A stretch of DNA of 20,000 bases from an uncultured virus (IMG/VR IMGVR_UViG_3300030102_002720) (taxonomy: Duplodnaviria > Heunggongvirae > Uroviricota > Caudoviricetes). Each line of letters starts with the position of its first letter. The stretch's first letter is position 1. The translations under genes and the position numbers were made by a program. Location of the stretch: positions 48,439 through 68,438 of IMG/VR virus record IMGVR_UViG_3300030102_002720, one strand, 5' to 3'. Positions 1 to 9,262 of this stretch are shown piece by piece. Under the pieces are notes generated by a model. That model searched no databases, had not been told where the DNA came from, and saw nothing but the letters and a program-made list of their open reading frames with translations.

Positions 1-59
1 CAATAGCATATACATGTTTTGCTGCTTTGTGGATTGTAGGTGCAATAACTTATTTGTAA
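1..59 (+). CDS. 3' end of a small hydrophobic (possibly membrane) protein, partial
   Basis: Frame from base 3 reads IAYTCFAALWIVGAITYL then TAA at 57-59, 3 nt before the next ATG. Confidence 0.45.
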   Translation, partial: IAYTCFAALWIVGAITYL

Positions 60-62
60 GTT

Positions 63-203
63 ATGGCTAAGTTGTTAGTAAGAAATGAATATTTTACTCC
101 AATTAAAAAACGAACAAGTATAGGAAATTCTAGTAGATCAAAACCTAAAAATAAACATAGTTTAAAATCATGGAAAAAATACAACCGACAAGGCAAGAGA
201 TAA
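63..203 (+). CDS. Small basic phage protein, 46 aa (below the ORF-track cutoff)
   Basis: ATG 63 to TAA 201-203: MAKLLVRNEYFTPIKKRTSIGNSSRSKPKNKHSLKSWKKYNRQGKR; fills the space between flanking ORFs and overlaps the next start. Confidence 0.7.
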   Translation: MAKLLVRNEYFTPIKKRTSIGNSSRSKPKNKHSLKSWKKYNRQGKR

Positions 204-769
204 TTGACGACGTTAGACTTTGGTCTAAAAATTTTTTAGAAGTATCTAATGTACATTTAGGTGGCGTGCCTGCTTGTCCTTATGCAAAAAAAGCTTGGCA
301 CGATAATAAAGTTTGGGTGGCTGTTAAAACTAAACACAGCACTTATAAAAAAGAATTAAATGATTGTCTGAAAAATTTAGATTTTACCAAAAAAGATATA
401 CTAATATTTTGTGACCCGTATTATAGTTACACTCCCGACGAGCTTCATCTTGCTACTGAGGCGTACAACGAATGGTATAATTCAAAAGATATATACTTCA
501 TGAGCTTTCATCCTTCTAATCCTGCCACTGTAGAAGAACAAGAGTTCCTTGTTTTTCCTACAGAAGAGGCACAGGAAATGGCAGAGGATTATCCTGAGTA
601 TAAATATTCTATGATGTTAGTACAAAAGTTCTCGCAATTACAGGAAGCTTCTGATAAATTACACAGAATGGGTTACTATAAAGAGTGGCCCAACGAGTAC
701 TATCAAGACGTTGTGGTATCTCGAGCTAAAAAATATAAAAAGATCTTAGGAGGTCAACATGATGGGTAA
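170..769 (+). CDS. DUF1415-like protein
   Basis: 199 aa; W...CPYAK near the N-terminus and a later FHP motif resemble the DUF1415 CPFA/FHP signatures. Confidence 0.6.
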   Translation: MEKIQPTRQEIIDDVRLWSKNFLEVSNVHLGGVPACPYAKKAWHDNKVWVAVKTKHSTYKKELNDCLKNLDFTKKDILIFCDPYYSYTPDELHLATEAYNEWYNSKDIYFMSFHPSNPATVEEQEFLVFPTEEAQEMAEDYPEYKYSMMLVQKFSQLQEASDKLHRMGYYKEWPNEYYQDVVVSRAKKYKKILGGQHDG

Positions 770-1001
770 AAAGAAAATGGCTGGCGGTGGAAAAGTTATG
801 GCTGGCAAAAAGAAAATGGCAAAAGGTGGAGCCGTTAAAAAACGTGGCGGTGGTATGATGAAAAAAAATCCTATGGCTATGATGGCTATGGGGGGCAAAG
901 TTTCACCAAGAAAAGAAATGGCTATGGGCATGAAAAAAGGTGGCAAAGCTATGAAAGGTAAAAAGAAAACAGCTAAGAAAAAAGCTAAGAAAAGAGGCTA
1001 A
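762..1001 (+). CDS. Very basic Lys/Met/Gly-rich low-complexity protein, possible DNA-condensing or internal virion protein
   Basis: SD AGGAGGT at 748-754 is best spaced to ATG 762 (ATG 759 is the alternative). The 80-aa form has 26 K, 3 R, 15 M and one acidic residue, with repeated MxxGG units. Confidence 0.75.
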   Translation: MGKKKMAGGGKVMAGKKKMAKGGAVKKRGGGMMKKNPMAMMAMGGKVSPRKEMAMGMKKGGKAMKGKKKTAKKKAKKRG

Positions 1002-1705
1002 TGCCTACTTACGCATCAACAGCTAACTTTGATCTTTCCATCGATGAGATAGTTGAAGAGGCTTTTGAACGATGTGGTTTACAGGATAGAACTGGTTATC
1101 AGTTAAAGACTGCACGTCGTTCATTAAACCTCTTGCTAGCTGAATGGTCTAACAGAGGACTTAATCTTTGGACGATACAAAAACAAACGGCTGCTCTTGC
1201 AGCTAATACAACTAGTTTATCTGGTACTGCTTTGTATGGCGCAGGTGCAAACGCTGCATCTGAAATTGTAGAGATAACTGATTTGGTTATTCGTGATTCA
1301 GACAATAATGAATATTCTTGTTCTCCAATAGGTAGATCAACTTATTTAAACTATACAGTTAAAACATCGAGCGGTAGACCAACTCAATACTATTTTGAGA
1401 AAACTATAAATCCTACTTTGTATTTATATCCGGCAGCTGATGTTGCGTATACAGTTGTTTATTATGCAATGTTAAGAATGCAGGATTCAGGTGATTATAC
1501 TAATAACGCTGAAATCCCTTTTTCTTTTTTACCATGTTTAACTGCAGGTTTGGCTTATTATATTTCTTTAAAGTATGCACCAGACAGAACACAAATGTTA
1601 AAAGTTTTATATGAAGAAGAATTTAAAAGAGCAGCAGATACTAATAGAGAAAATGTCAGCTCTCATTTTGTTCCTAAAATTGGAATAGTAGGAGGAGGAT
1701 ATTAA
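1001..1705 (+). CDS. Putative head-tail adaptor / tail tubular protein A-like (short-tail phage type)
   Basis: 234 aa; helical EIVEEAFERCG...ARRSLNLLLAEWSNRG N-terminus, GRPTQYY..LYLYP beta segment, helical LAYYIS..YEEEF C-terminus; TAATG coupling. Confidence 0.6.
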   Translation: MPTYASTANFDLSIDEIVEEAFERCGLQDRTGYQLKTARRSLNLLLAEWSNRGLNLWTIQKQTAALAANTTSLSGTALYGAGANAASEIVEITDLVIRDSDNNEYSCSPIGRSTYLNYTVKTSSGRPTQYYFEKTINPTLYLYPAADVAYTVVYYAMLRMQDSGDYTNNAEIPFSFLPCLTAGLAYYISLKYAPDRTQMLKVLYEEEFKRAADTNRENVSSHFVPKIGIVGGGY

Positions 1706-2181
1706 TGGGAAGATATGCTTCAGGAAAATTTGCAAAACGAATTTCAGACAGAGATGGACGAGCTTATCCCTATAATGAAATGGTACAAGAGTGGACAGGT
1801 GCTTGGGTTCATCAATCAGAATATGAACCTAAATCTCCTTTATTAGATCCAACTAATCATCCTACAGATGCTCAATCTTTATCTTACGCAAAACCACAAG
1901 TAGTAAGTGTAACCATACCACTTGGTGGAATTTATATTAATGATGATCCAACATCTAAAGCTATGGTAAATGGTGGTGCTAATGGAGTTTCTCCTGCAAT
2001 TGGTGCGAATAGTTTTCAAACTGTTTTACAAACAATACAGCAATTTAATCCTATACCTGCACCAGGAGCTATGGAAACTGTACAAGTTAGAACCATGCAG
2101 CCATTAAACGGTAGCTCTCAAGCTAATCAAGAAACTGTAATGAATACTCAATTAGGTCTAGCAACGGTGGTAATATCATGA
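1705..2181 (+). CDS. Conserved phage hypothetical protein
   Basis: 158 aa, coupled at both ends; N-terminal YASGKFA..ISDRDG..YPY..EW.G..VH..EYEPK.P motif. Confidence 0.75.
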   Translation: MGRYASGKFAKRISDRDGRAYPYNEMVQEWTGAWVHQSEYEPKSPLLDPTNHPTDAQSLSYAKPQVVSVTIPLGGIYINDDPTSKAMVNGGANGVSPAIGANSFQTVLQTIQQFNPIPAPGAMETVQVRTMQPLNGSSQANQETVMNTQLGLATVVIS

Positions 2182-2858
2182 CAACATATGCAGAATTAGT
2201 AGATCAAATAAGAAGCTATACAGAAACAGACAGTAATGTTTTAACTACAACAATAGTAAATGATATTATAGAGCAAGCTGAATTAAGAATTTTTAGAGAG
2301 ATAGATTTAGATTGTTTTAGAGCATATCAATTTACTACTCTTACACAAGGTAATGAATTTGTTACTTTGCCTGGAGCAACACCTAGCACAGCGGCTTTTG
2401 TTAGAACGGCAGCTATTTACCCAACTGCTGGAACTGATGCAAACGTAAGAACTTATTTATTACAAAAAGATATTAGTTATATGACTGAGTATTGGCCTAA
2501 TAGGACTTCGCAAGAAAAACCTAAATACTATGCTATGTGGGATCAAAATACAATATACCTTGCCCCAACACCTAATTCAGCATATAAGATAGAGTTAGCT
2601 TTGAATCGTAATGAAACCGGGCTTTCTACAACTAACACTACAACATGGGTTAGTCAGAATGCGCCACAAGTTTTATTATATGGCTGTCTTGTAGAAGCAT
2701 TTAAGTTTCTCAAAGGTCCATATGATTTGCTTGCCCAATACGATAAAAGTTATCAACAAGCTTTAGAACGCTTGCAAATTGAACAACAAGGTAGACGAAG
2801 AAGGGATGAATTTCAAGATGGTGTTATTCGTGTTCCTTTGCAGTCGCAACAACCATAG
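2178..2858 (+). CDS. Second putative adaptor / tail tubular protein A-like protein
   Basis: 226 aa; TYAELVDQIRSY..IEQAELRIFR, PKYYA..IYLAPTP, APQVLLYGCLVEA; same helix-beta-helix layout as 1001-1705. Confidence 0.6.
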   Translation: MTTYAELVDQIRSYTETDSNVLTTTIVNDIIEQAELRIFREIDLDCFRAYQFTTLTQGNEFVTLPGATPSTAAFVRTAAIYPTAGTDANVRTYLLQKDISYMTEYWPNRTSQEKPKYYAMWDQNTIYLAPTPNSAYKIELALNRNETGLSTTNTTTWVSQNAPQVLLYGCLVEAFKFLKGPYDLLAQYDKSYQQALERLQIEQQGRRRRDEFQDGVIRVPLQSQQP

Positions 2859-2868
2859 GAGATAAAAG

Positions 2869-3327
2869 ATGGCAATAGCACAGGCAGTATGTAATTCTTT
2901 CAAAAAAGAACTTTTGGAAGGGAAACATGATTTTGCTAATGGTGGTCATACTTTCAAAATTGCATTGTTTACTTCAAGTGCAAGTTTAGGAGCGACAACC
3001 ACAGCATACTCAACAAGTAACGAAATAACAAATACATCAGGTTCTGCTTATTCAGCAGGTGGAGAAACTTTACAGAATCAATCTGTAACAGGAGGCTCAT
3101 CAGCATCCACAGCTTATGTTGATTTTGGAACAGATCCTCAATGGACTTCTGCTAGCTTTACAGCTAGAGGAGCTATGATCTATAACACTACAACAGATGG
3201 TGGAAGTGGCACAACCAATGCAGTATGTATTTTAAACTTTGGTTCTGATTTTACAGCAACCAATGGCACGTTTACTATTCAGTTTCCAGCACCCGGTACA
3301 AGTACAGCTATATTAAGATTATCGTAG
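2869..3327 (+). CDS. Putative virion structural protein
   Basis: 152 aa, SD AGGAG upstream; SFKKELL..FKIALFTS..Y.AGG..FTARGAMIYN..FTIQFP, Ser/Thr-rich beta protein. Confidence 0.65.
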   Translation: MAIAQAVCNSFKKELLEGKHDFANGGHTFKIALFTSSASLGATTTAYSTSNEITNTSGSAYSAGGETLQNQSVTGGSSASTAYVDFGTDPQWTSASFTARGAMIYNTTTDGGSGTTNAVCILNFGSDFTATNGTFTIQFPAPGTSTAILRLS

Positions 3328-3336
3328 GAGTTTAAC

Positions 3337-3795
3337 ATGGCATTGATTATCAATGATCGTGTTAAGGAAACCACGACATCAACAGGAACGGGAACTATAA
3401 ATCTTGCAGGCGCAAGCACTGGTTTTCAAACTTTTGTTGGTGCCATTGGGACTACTAATACTACATATTACTGTATTACAATGCAGTCAGGTAGCACGGA
3501 ATTTGAAGTAGGAATAGGCACTGTTACTGATGCATCTCCTGATACATTATCGAGGGACACAGTTTTAGAGAGCTCAAATAGTGATAATAAAGTAGATTTT
3601 TCTGCAGGCACTAAAGATGTTTTTTGTACGTATCCAGCAAAGAGGGCGCCATCTCCCAGCATGGATCCTACATCTTATGTAACTACACACAATGCTACTA
3701 TTAGTGATACTCAAACTATGGACTCTGGTGTTTTAGCTGGTCCTGTTACAGTTACAGGATCATTAACAATTACAGGTAACTTGTTTATATTATGA
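3337..3795 (+). CDS. Putative tail-fibre base/anchor protein
   Basis: 152 aa, SD AGGAG; DRVKETTT..EVGIGT..LSRDTVLESSN..FSAGTKDVFCTYPA domain plus a short C-terminal AGPVTVTGSLTITG beta motif; ATGA overlap with the first cassette gene. Confidence 0.55.
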   Translation: MALIINDRVKETTTSTGTGTINLAGASTGFQTFVGAIGTTNTTYYCITMQSGSTEFEVGIGTVTDASPDTLSRDTVLESSNSDNKVDFSAGTKDVFCTYPAKRAPSPSMDPTSYVTTHNATISDTQTMDSGVLAGPVTVTGSLTITGNLFIL

Positions 3796-4664
3796 GTCAG
3801 ATTGAAGTAGATAAGGTCATACCACAGTCAGGTACAGCTCTTCAAGTTGGAGAAAATGGGGACACGATCACATTGCCTGCAGGAACCACGTTAAATGTAG
3901 CAAACGCTACTTTAACTTTACCTACAACACTACCTGCAACATCAGGTGCAAACATTACAAATCTTAATGGTTCACAAGTAACTACAGGCACTGTTGCTAA
4001 TGCAAGATTAACTGGTTCAGGAGCAATTACGATAAATGGTTCAGCAGTTGCTTTAGGAGGATCTATTACTTTAGTTACAGAAGTAAGACCTACTTTTTCT
4101 TCAGTAACTCCAAGTGTAATAACTAATGCACAAACGACAGTTACAATAGCTGGCACAAATTTTGTATCTGTTCCTTTAGTAACAGCAATTCATTCTTCGA
4201 CAGGAGCACAAATAGTTGCGGATGAAGTATCTTTTACTTCAGCAACTAGCATTACAGCTAAATTTACAATTAGTGTTGATGGTACTTATAAATTATATAT
4301 TGAAAATCCAGATGGTAATGCAGTTCAAACAGGAGCTGTATTAACAGTTTCTGATGTTCCTTCATGGGTAACTTCAGCAGGATCTTTAGGATCTTTTAGT
4401 GCAGGAGCTAATGTAGGAACTATTACAGTTACAGCCACTGATGCTACTTCTTTTGCAATTACATCAGGTGCTTTACCTGGCGGATTGTCTTTAAATTCTG
4501 GTTCAGGTTCTGCTACAATAACAGGAACAGAATCAGGTGCAACTTCAACTACTACTTATAACTTTACTATTACAGCTACTGATGCTCAAGGTCAGACAGC
4601 AGCAAGAGCTTTTAGTATGGAAATATCTGTGGGATTTGCTAATAGTTTAAGGTTTTCAGGATAA
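3792..4664 (+). CDS. Cassette 1 gene A: IPT/TIG-like plus putative Ig (He_PIG-like) domain virion protein
   Basis: 290 aa; PTFSSVTP..VTIAGTNF..YKLYIENPDG (IPT-like), then GALPGGLSLN..ITGT..YNFTITATD (putative Ig-like). Confidence 0.75.
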   Translation: MSQIEVDKVIPQSGTALQVGENGDTITLPAGTTLNVANATLTLPTTLPATSGANITNLNGSQVTTGTVANARLTGSGAITINGSAVALGGSITLVTEVRPTFSSVTPSVITNAQTTVTIAGTNFVSVPLVTAIHSSTGAQIVADEVSFTSATSITAKFTISVDGTYKLYIENPDGNAVQTGAVLTVSDVPSWVTSAGSLGSFSAGANVGTITVTATDATSFAITSGALPGGLSLNSGSGSATITGTESGATSTTTYNFTITATDAQGQTAARAFSMEISVGFANSLRFSG

Positions 4665-4673
4665 GGATTAATT

Positions 4674-6050
4674 ATGTCAACATATTTAGATAAAACATTT
4701 TCAGGTAACGGTAACGGTAAAAAATGGACGTTTAGTGCATGGTTAAAATCTGTTGATATTTATGATGAAGATCATATTTTTTCTGCGTACATTAACGCTG
4801 GTGATAGTGATTTTATTCGTTTCGATAGTAATAGAAGAATGTCAATAAAAATTGGTGGTAATATTGTATTAACTACGTCAAGAAAATATCAAGATAAAAA
4901 CTCTTGGTATCACATAGTTGTAGCATTTGATTCAACGCAAGCAACTGGAACTAACAGATTAAAAATATACACAAATGGAGTAGAAGAAACTGCATTTGCT
5001 GCTGATACTAGATCAAGTCAAATAGCACAAAACACAAGTTATTATTTTGGTTGGGGTGTAAAGCACACTGTGGGAACACGTGCTCACTCTGTAACTGATA
5101 GTCCTTTTAGAGGTAACATGACTCATGTAAATTTTACTGACGGTTATGTTTATACACCAACAAACTTTGGGCAAACAAATACACAAACGGGAGAATGGTC
5201 TACAAAAGGAACTACAGGTGTTACTTATGGCACTAATGGCTTTTATTTTAAATTTGAAAATTCTGGTAATTTAGGCTTAGACTCTAGTGGAGCTGGTAAT
5301 AATTTTACTACTAACAATTTAGGCGATATACCTCAAAGCACAGATGTGCCTTCTAATAATTTTCCAATTTTAATTACAGCTCAAGATCCTCAAAGTGCTA
5401 GAGTTGTATTAGGTAATGCTGCTTTAGATGCTCAATTCAACGGCAATGGTAGTACAAGTGCAAGATTAATGGGTAACATGCCAATATGTTCAATCCCTGT
5501 ATCAAAGGGAAAGTGGTACTGTGAAGCAAGACTAACAAGAAGCGCAAATGAAGCTTTTGTTGGTATAACAAATGTATCTTACAATAGAGATACGTCTGAA
5601 CAAGATACATATTGTGCTGTTTATACACACTCTGGTCAAATTTATTACGATGATGGTAGTAGTGAATCTCAAATTACATATGGAAGTGGTTTTAGTTCAA
5701 ATGATTATATTGGCATTGCTTTAGATGCTGACAATAAAAGAGTTTATTGGAGCAAAAATGGTCAATGGGCAGATGGCTCTGGAAACTTTGATGAATCAAG
5801 TCCAAATGCTTATCAACAATACACTGATAATTTTATTAATTACGAATCAGCAGATAGAGAAAGTGTGGTTTTTGCTTTTTTTGGAGCAGGTAGTAGCACT
5901 ACTCCACGATTTTCAGTCAACTTTGGATGTCCAATGGATGGAAGTCCTTCAGGTTCAAATGATGATGCAAACGGTCATGGAAATTTTCAATATGCAGTGC
6001 CATCAGGGTACTATGCATTATGTACTAAAAATTTAAATACATACGGATAA
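4674..6050 (+). CDS. Cassette 1 gene B: LamG/concanavalin-A-like plus SPRY-like domain protein
   Basis: 458 aa; WTFSAWLK..WYHIVVAFDS..KIYTNG (LamG-like) and GKWYCE..DYIGIALDAD..WSKNG (SPRY-like). Confidence 0.75.
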   Translation: MSTYLDKTFSGNGNGKKWTFSAWLKSVDIYDEDHIFSAYINAGDSDFIRFDSNRRMSIKIGGNIVLTTSRKYQDKNSWYHIVVAFDSTQATGTNRLKIYTNGVEETAFAADTRSSQIAQNTSYYFGWGVKHTVGTRAHSVTDSPFRGNMTHVNFTDGYVYTPTNFGQTNTQTGEWSTKGTTGVTYGTNGFYFKFENSGNLGLDSSGAGNNFTTNNLGDIPQSTDVPSNNFPILITAQDPQSARVVLGNAALDAQFNGNGSTSARLMGNMPICSIPVSKGKWYCEARLTRSANEAFVGITNVSYNRDTSEQDTYCAVYTHSGQIYYDDGSSESQITYGSGFSSNDYIGIALDADNKRVYWSKNGQWADGSGNFDESSPNAYQQYTDNFINYESADRESVVFAFFGAGSSTTPRFSVNFGCPMDGSPSGSNDDANGHGNFQYAVPSGYYALCTKNLNTYG

Positions 6051-6051
6051 T

Positions 6052-7116
6052 ATGGCATACACAACAATAAACGATCCATCTGCATATTTTCAAACATTAC
6101 TTTATGCGGGTAATGCATCTCAAACTGCTTTGACAAATACAGGTAACTCTAATTTACAACCAGATTTTATTTGGATACAAAACAGAACTTCGAGCAGTCA
6201 TTACAATGCTTTGCAAGATGTCAATAGAGGTATAGACAAAATTTTAAGTACTCAAGTTGCAAGTGCAGAAGTTGACACTTCTGAACAAGTAAAGTCTGTT
6301 CAATCTGATGGGTTTACTGTTGGTGATAACAGTGACAGTCAAAATTATGTAAACTTAAATTCAAACAATTATTGTGCATGGCAATGGAAAATGAATGGTA
6401 GTGCATCAACAAACAATGATGGAAGTATTGCTTCATCTGTAAATGCAAGTACAACTGCTGGTCAAAGTATAATAACTTGGACTGGTACAGGAAGTAATGG
6501 AACAATAGGACACGGTTTGGGTGTTGCTCCTATGATGTTTTGGATTAAACGTAGAGATACTGGTTCTACAAACTGGCGTGTTTACAATAGAATGTTAGGA
6601 GGTGCTACAAAATTTCTTGAAATGAATGGTAGTGGCGGTGAACAAACAAGTTCTACAATTTTCAATAGTGCACATCCCACATCTTCTGTTATTAATCTTG
6701 GTACCAGCGGGGACACAAACGGAAATGGTGGCACATATGTTTGTCATGCTTTTGCACCTGTAAAAGGATATAGTAAAATGGGTATGTACATGGGTAATGA
6801 TTCTAGTGATGGAAGTAGAGTTTTTACTGGATTTAAACCTGCGTTTCTTCTAATTAAATGTTCATCTCATACTGAACCATGGTTTATAGTTGACTCAGTT
6901 AGATCACCTAGAAACCAAACAGAAGCAGCTTTACGACCTGATGCAACTGCAGCTGAAAATGGCTCTTCAGGATATTCAATAAATTTATTAAGTGATGGTT
7001 TTAAATGTGTTGATGGAGCAGGAAATGCAAATGGCGCTGGAAAAGCTTATATTTATTTAGCTTTTGCCGAGCACCCTTATGTTGCAGGAAATGACATCAT
7101 TGCATTAGCGAGGTAG
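6052..7116 (+). CDS. Cassette 1 gene C: Gly/Asn/Ser-rich tail-fibre-tip-like protein
   Basis: 354 aa; three internal repeats of a (Y/W)xGNG..P..xxIK/Q..W..Y unit (PDFIWIQ, PMMFWIK, PAFLLIK). Confidence 0.7.
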   Translation: MAYTTINDPSAYFQTLLYAGNASQTALTNTGNSNLQPDFIWIQNRTSSSHYNALQDVNRGIDKILSTQVASAEVDTSEQVKSVQSDGFTVGDNSDSQNYVNLNSNNYCAWQWKMNGSASTNNDGSIASSVNASTTAGQSIITWTGTGSNGTIGHGLGVAPMMFWIKRRDTGSTNWRVYNRMLGGATKFLEMNGSGGEQTSSTIFNSAHPTSSVINLGTSGDTNGNGGTYVCHAFAPVKGYSKMGMYMGNDSSDGSRVFTGFKPAFLLIKCSSHTEPWFIVDSVRSPRNQTEAALRPDATAAENGSSGYSINLLSDGFKCVDGAGNANGAGKAYIYLAFAEHPYVAGNDIIALAR

Positions 7117-7117
7117 A

Positions 7118-7924
7118 ATGACATCAGAGATTAAAGTAAACACGATCAAGAAAAATGATGGATCGACAATCACGATTGGTGAAAGTGGTGATACAGTAAC
7201 TATCACACCAGGTATTACAGCAGCCTCATTAACATCAGGCACTGTGCCAACAGCTCGTTTATCTGCCGTTCCTAATTCGTCATTAGCAAACTCTGCAATT
7301 ACAATAAATGGTTCGGCTGTTTCACTTGGTGGATCGGTAACAGTTGGAGAAACAAAACCAACAATATCATCTATCAGCCCGACAGTAATTACAAACGATG
7401 CAACTAACGTAACTATTAATGGATCAAATTTTGTTTCTGTTCCTATTGTTGAAGCAATAAATTCAACAGGTGTTATAACATCAGCAAACTCAATAACTTT
7501 TACAAGTGCATCTCAATTAGTTGCAAATTTTACATTAGGTACTGATGGTACGTATTTTATAAGAATAGAGAACAATGATGGTAATGCTGTTCGTAGTGGC
7601 AGTGCTATACTAACTGTGTCTGATGTTCCTGCTTGGACCACGGCTGCAGGAAGTTTAGGAACTGTAGATGCCGCAGGCAGTATAAGTTTTACAGTTGCAG
7701 CAACTGACGCCACTTCTTACGCTGTTACTTCTGGTTCTATGCCAGGAGGAGCTAGTTTAAATGCAAGCACAGGTGCTATTACTGGAACAGAATCTGGTTC
7801 TACTGCAACAACTACATATAACTTCACTATCACTGCAACTGATGCACAAGGACAAACTGCTGCGAGAGCCTTTTCAATTACGGTAAATCACGGTATAAGT
7901 AACTCAGTAAGGATGGATCCATAA
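7118..7924 (+). CDS. Cassette 2 gene A: IPT/TIG-like plus putative Ig domain virion protein
   Basis: 268 aa; clear paralog of 3792-4664 and 10753-11595. Confidence 0.75.
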   Translation: MTSEIKVNTIKKNDGSTITIGESGDTVTITPGITAASLTSGTVPTARLSAVPNSSLANSAITINGSAVSLGGSVTVGETKPTISSISPTVITNDATNVTINGSNFVSVPIVEAINSTGVITSANSITFTSASQLVANFTLGTDGTYFIRIENNDGNAVRSGSAILTVSDVPAWTTAAGSLGTVDAAGSISFTVAATDATSYAVTSGSMPGGASLNASTGAITGTESGSTATTTYNFTITATDAQGQTAARAFSITVNHGISNSVRMDP

Positions 7925-9261
7925 TGGGATATATGCACAGATCAGTTTCAGGTACAGTTACCACTTTCACAATATCTATGTGGACAAAGTTATGTGGTCT
8001 TAATTATATCGATTCTTTATGGGGATCTGGTAGTGGTTATGGTTTATTTATTAACTCCACTCGTCCTATAAAAATGCAGGGTGGAAGTCCTGTTACAAGT
8101 ACAAGATTGTTTAGAGATACAAATGGTTGGTATCACGTTGTATATAAATGCAGTGGTGGTAGTGCTACAACATATATAAACGGAGAGTCAGTCATAACAC
8201 ACTCAGGTGTTTCTATAAGCTCAGACATTGCAATAGGCGCTTTGAATAGTTCTGGTGGTGATTCAACTAAGTCTTCAATATATTTTGCAGATGTAATTTT
8301 TGTTGATGGCACTGCTCATAACCCAACTTCTTTTGCAGAAACTGATTCATCTACTGGCGAATGGAAACCTAAATCATATTCAGGATCATACGGAACAAAT
8401 GGTTTTAAACTTGAATTTAAAAATTCAGGTGCATTAGGCACAGATACTAGCGGTAATGGAAATAATTTAACAGTTTCTGGTAGCAATACTCAAATGGTTT
8501 CTTCTCCAACAAATACATTTGCAACTATAGATAGATTAAATGGTAATCCTACTTTAAATGATAGTAGTGCTGGTGGCGTTGTTGATGGTTTAAGATATGG
8601 TAACTTAGAAGTAAATGCTAACGCAGGAGCAGTTGGTAATGATAACTATATGTGGAGTCCTTCAAATATGATGGTTACAAAAGGTAAATGGTATGCTGAA
8701 TTTAGACTTACAGGTGCTTTTTCAACCACAGGTGATGCAGCTCATTTAGTTGGAGTTGGCAGTGGTGACTACCCATATAAAGCAGATAATAGAAGCACTG
8801 CTATTGGAGGATTTACAACATATTGGATAGATCATCCTGATGATCGTATCTTAGTTGATGGTAATGTTTCAAACACAGCTGTAACAGGAGGTAGTAAGTT
8901 TGTGCAAAATGATATTCTAGGTGTTTACTTAAATTGTGATACAACAATTCCACAAGTTACATTTACAAAAAATGGAGCAGCTTTATCTGGTGCATCTAAC
9001 TCACCTTACAATGTAAGACGGACTGGTGCTTATGGTGATAGAGATAATGCTCCCATAGCTTTTTTCACAGTTATCAAATATGGAACTACTTCTGGAACTG
9101 GCTGGGGAAAAATACAAGCTAATTTTGGTGAACCATTATACACTGTTAGCTCATCAAATGCAGACGCAAATGGCCATGGAAGTTTTGAATATAGCCCACA
9201 ATTAGGTGGAGTTAATTATTATGCACTTTGCACAAAAAATTTAAACGAGTTTGGAGGATAG
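7924..9261 (+). CDS. Cassette 2 gene B: LamG-like plus SPRY-like domain protein
   Basis: 445 aa; FTISMWTK, WYHVVY, YGTNGFKLEF, GKWYAEF, DILGV, YYALCTKNL. Confidence 0.75.
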   Translation: MGYMHRSVSGTVTTFTISMWTKLCGLNYIDSLWGSGSGYGLFINSTRPIKMQGGSPVTSTRLFRDTNGWYHVVYKCSGGSATTYINGESVITHSGVSISSDIAIGALNSSGGDSTKSSIYFADVIFVDGTAHNPTSFAETDSSTGEWKPKSYSGSYGTNGFKLEFKNSGALGTDTSGNGNNLTVSGSNTQMVSSPTNTFATIDRLNGNPTLNDSSAGGVVDGLRYGNLEVNANAGAVGNDNYMWSPSNMMVTKGKWYAEFRLTGAFSTTGDAAHLVGVGSGDYPYKADNRSTAIGGFTTYWIDHPDDRILVDGNVSNTAVTGGSKFVQNDILGVYLNCDTTIPQVTFTKNGAALSGASNSPYNVRRTGAYGDRDNAPIAFFTVIKYGTTSGTGWGKIQANFGEPLYTVSSSNADANGHGSFEYSPQLGGVNYYALCTKNLNEFGG

Positions 9262-9262
9262 T

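Noticed and set aside
4705..4720. Short tandem repeat GGTAAC-GGTAAC-GGTAA as a phase-variation tract
   Set aside because: In-frame 6-nt unit encoding Gly-Asn-Gly-Asn-Gly; too short, and slippage would not change the frame.
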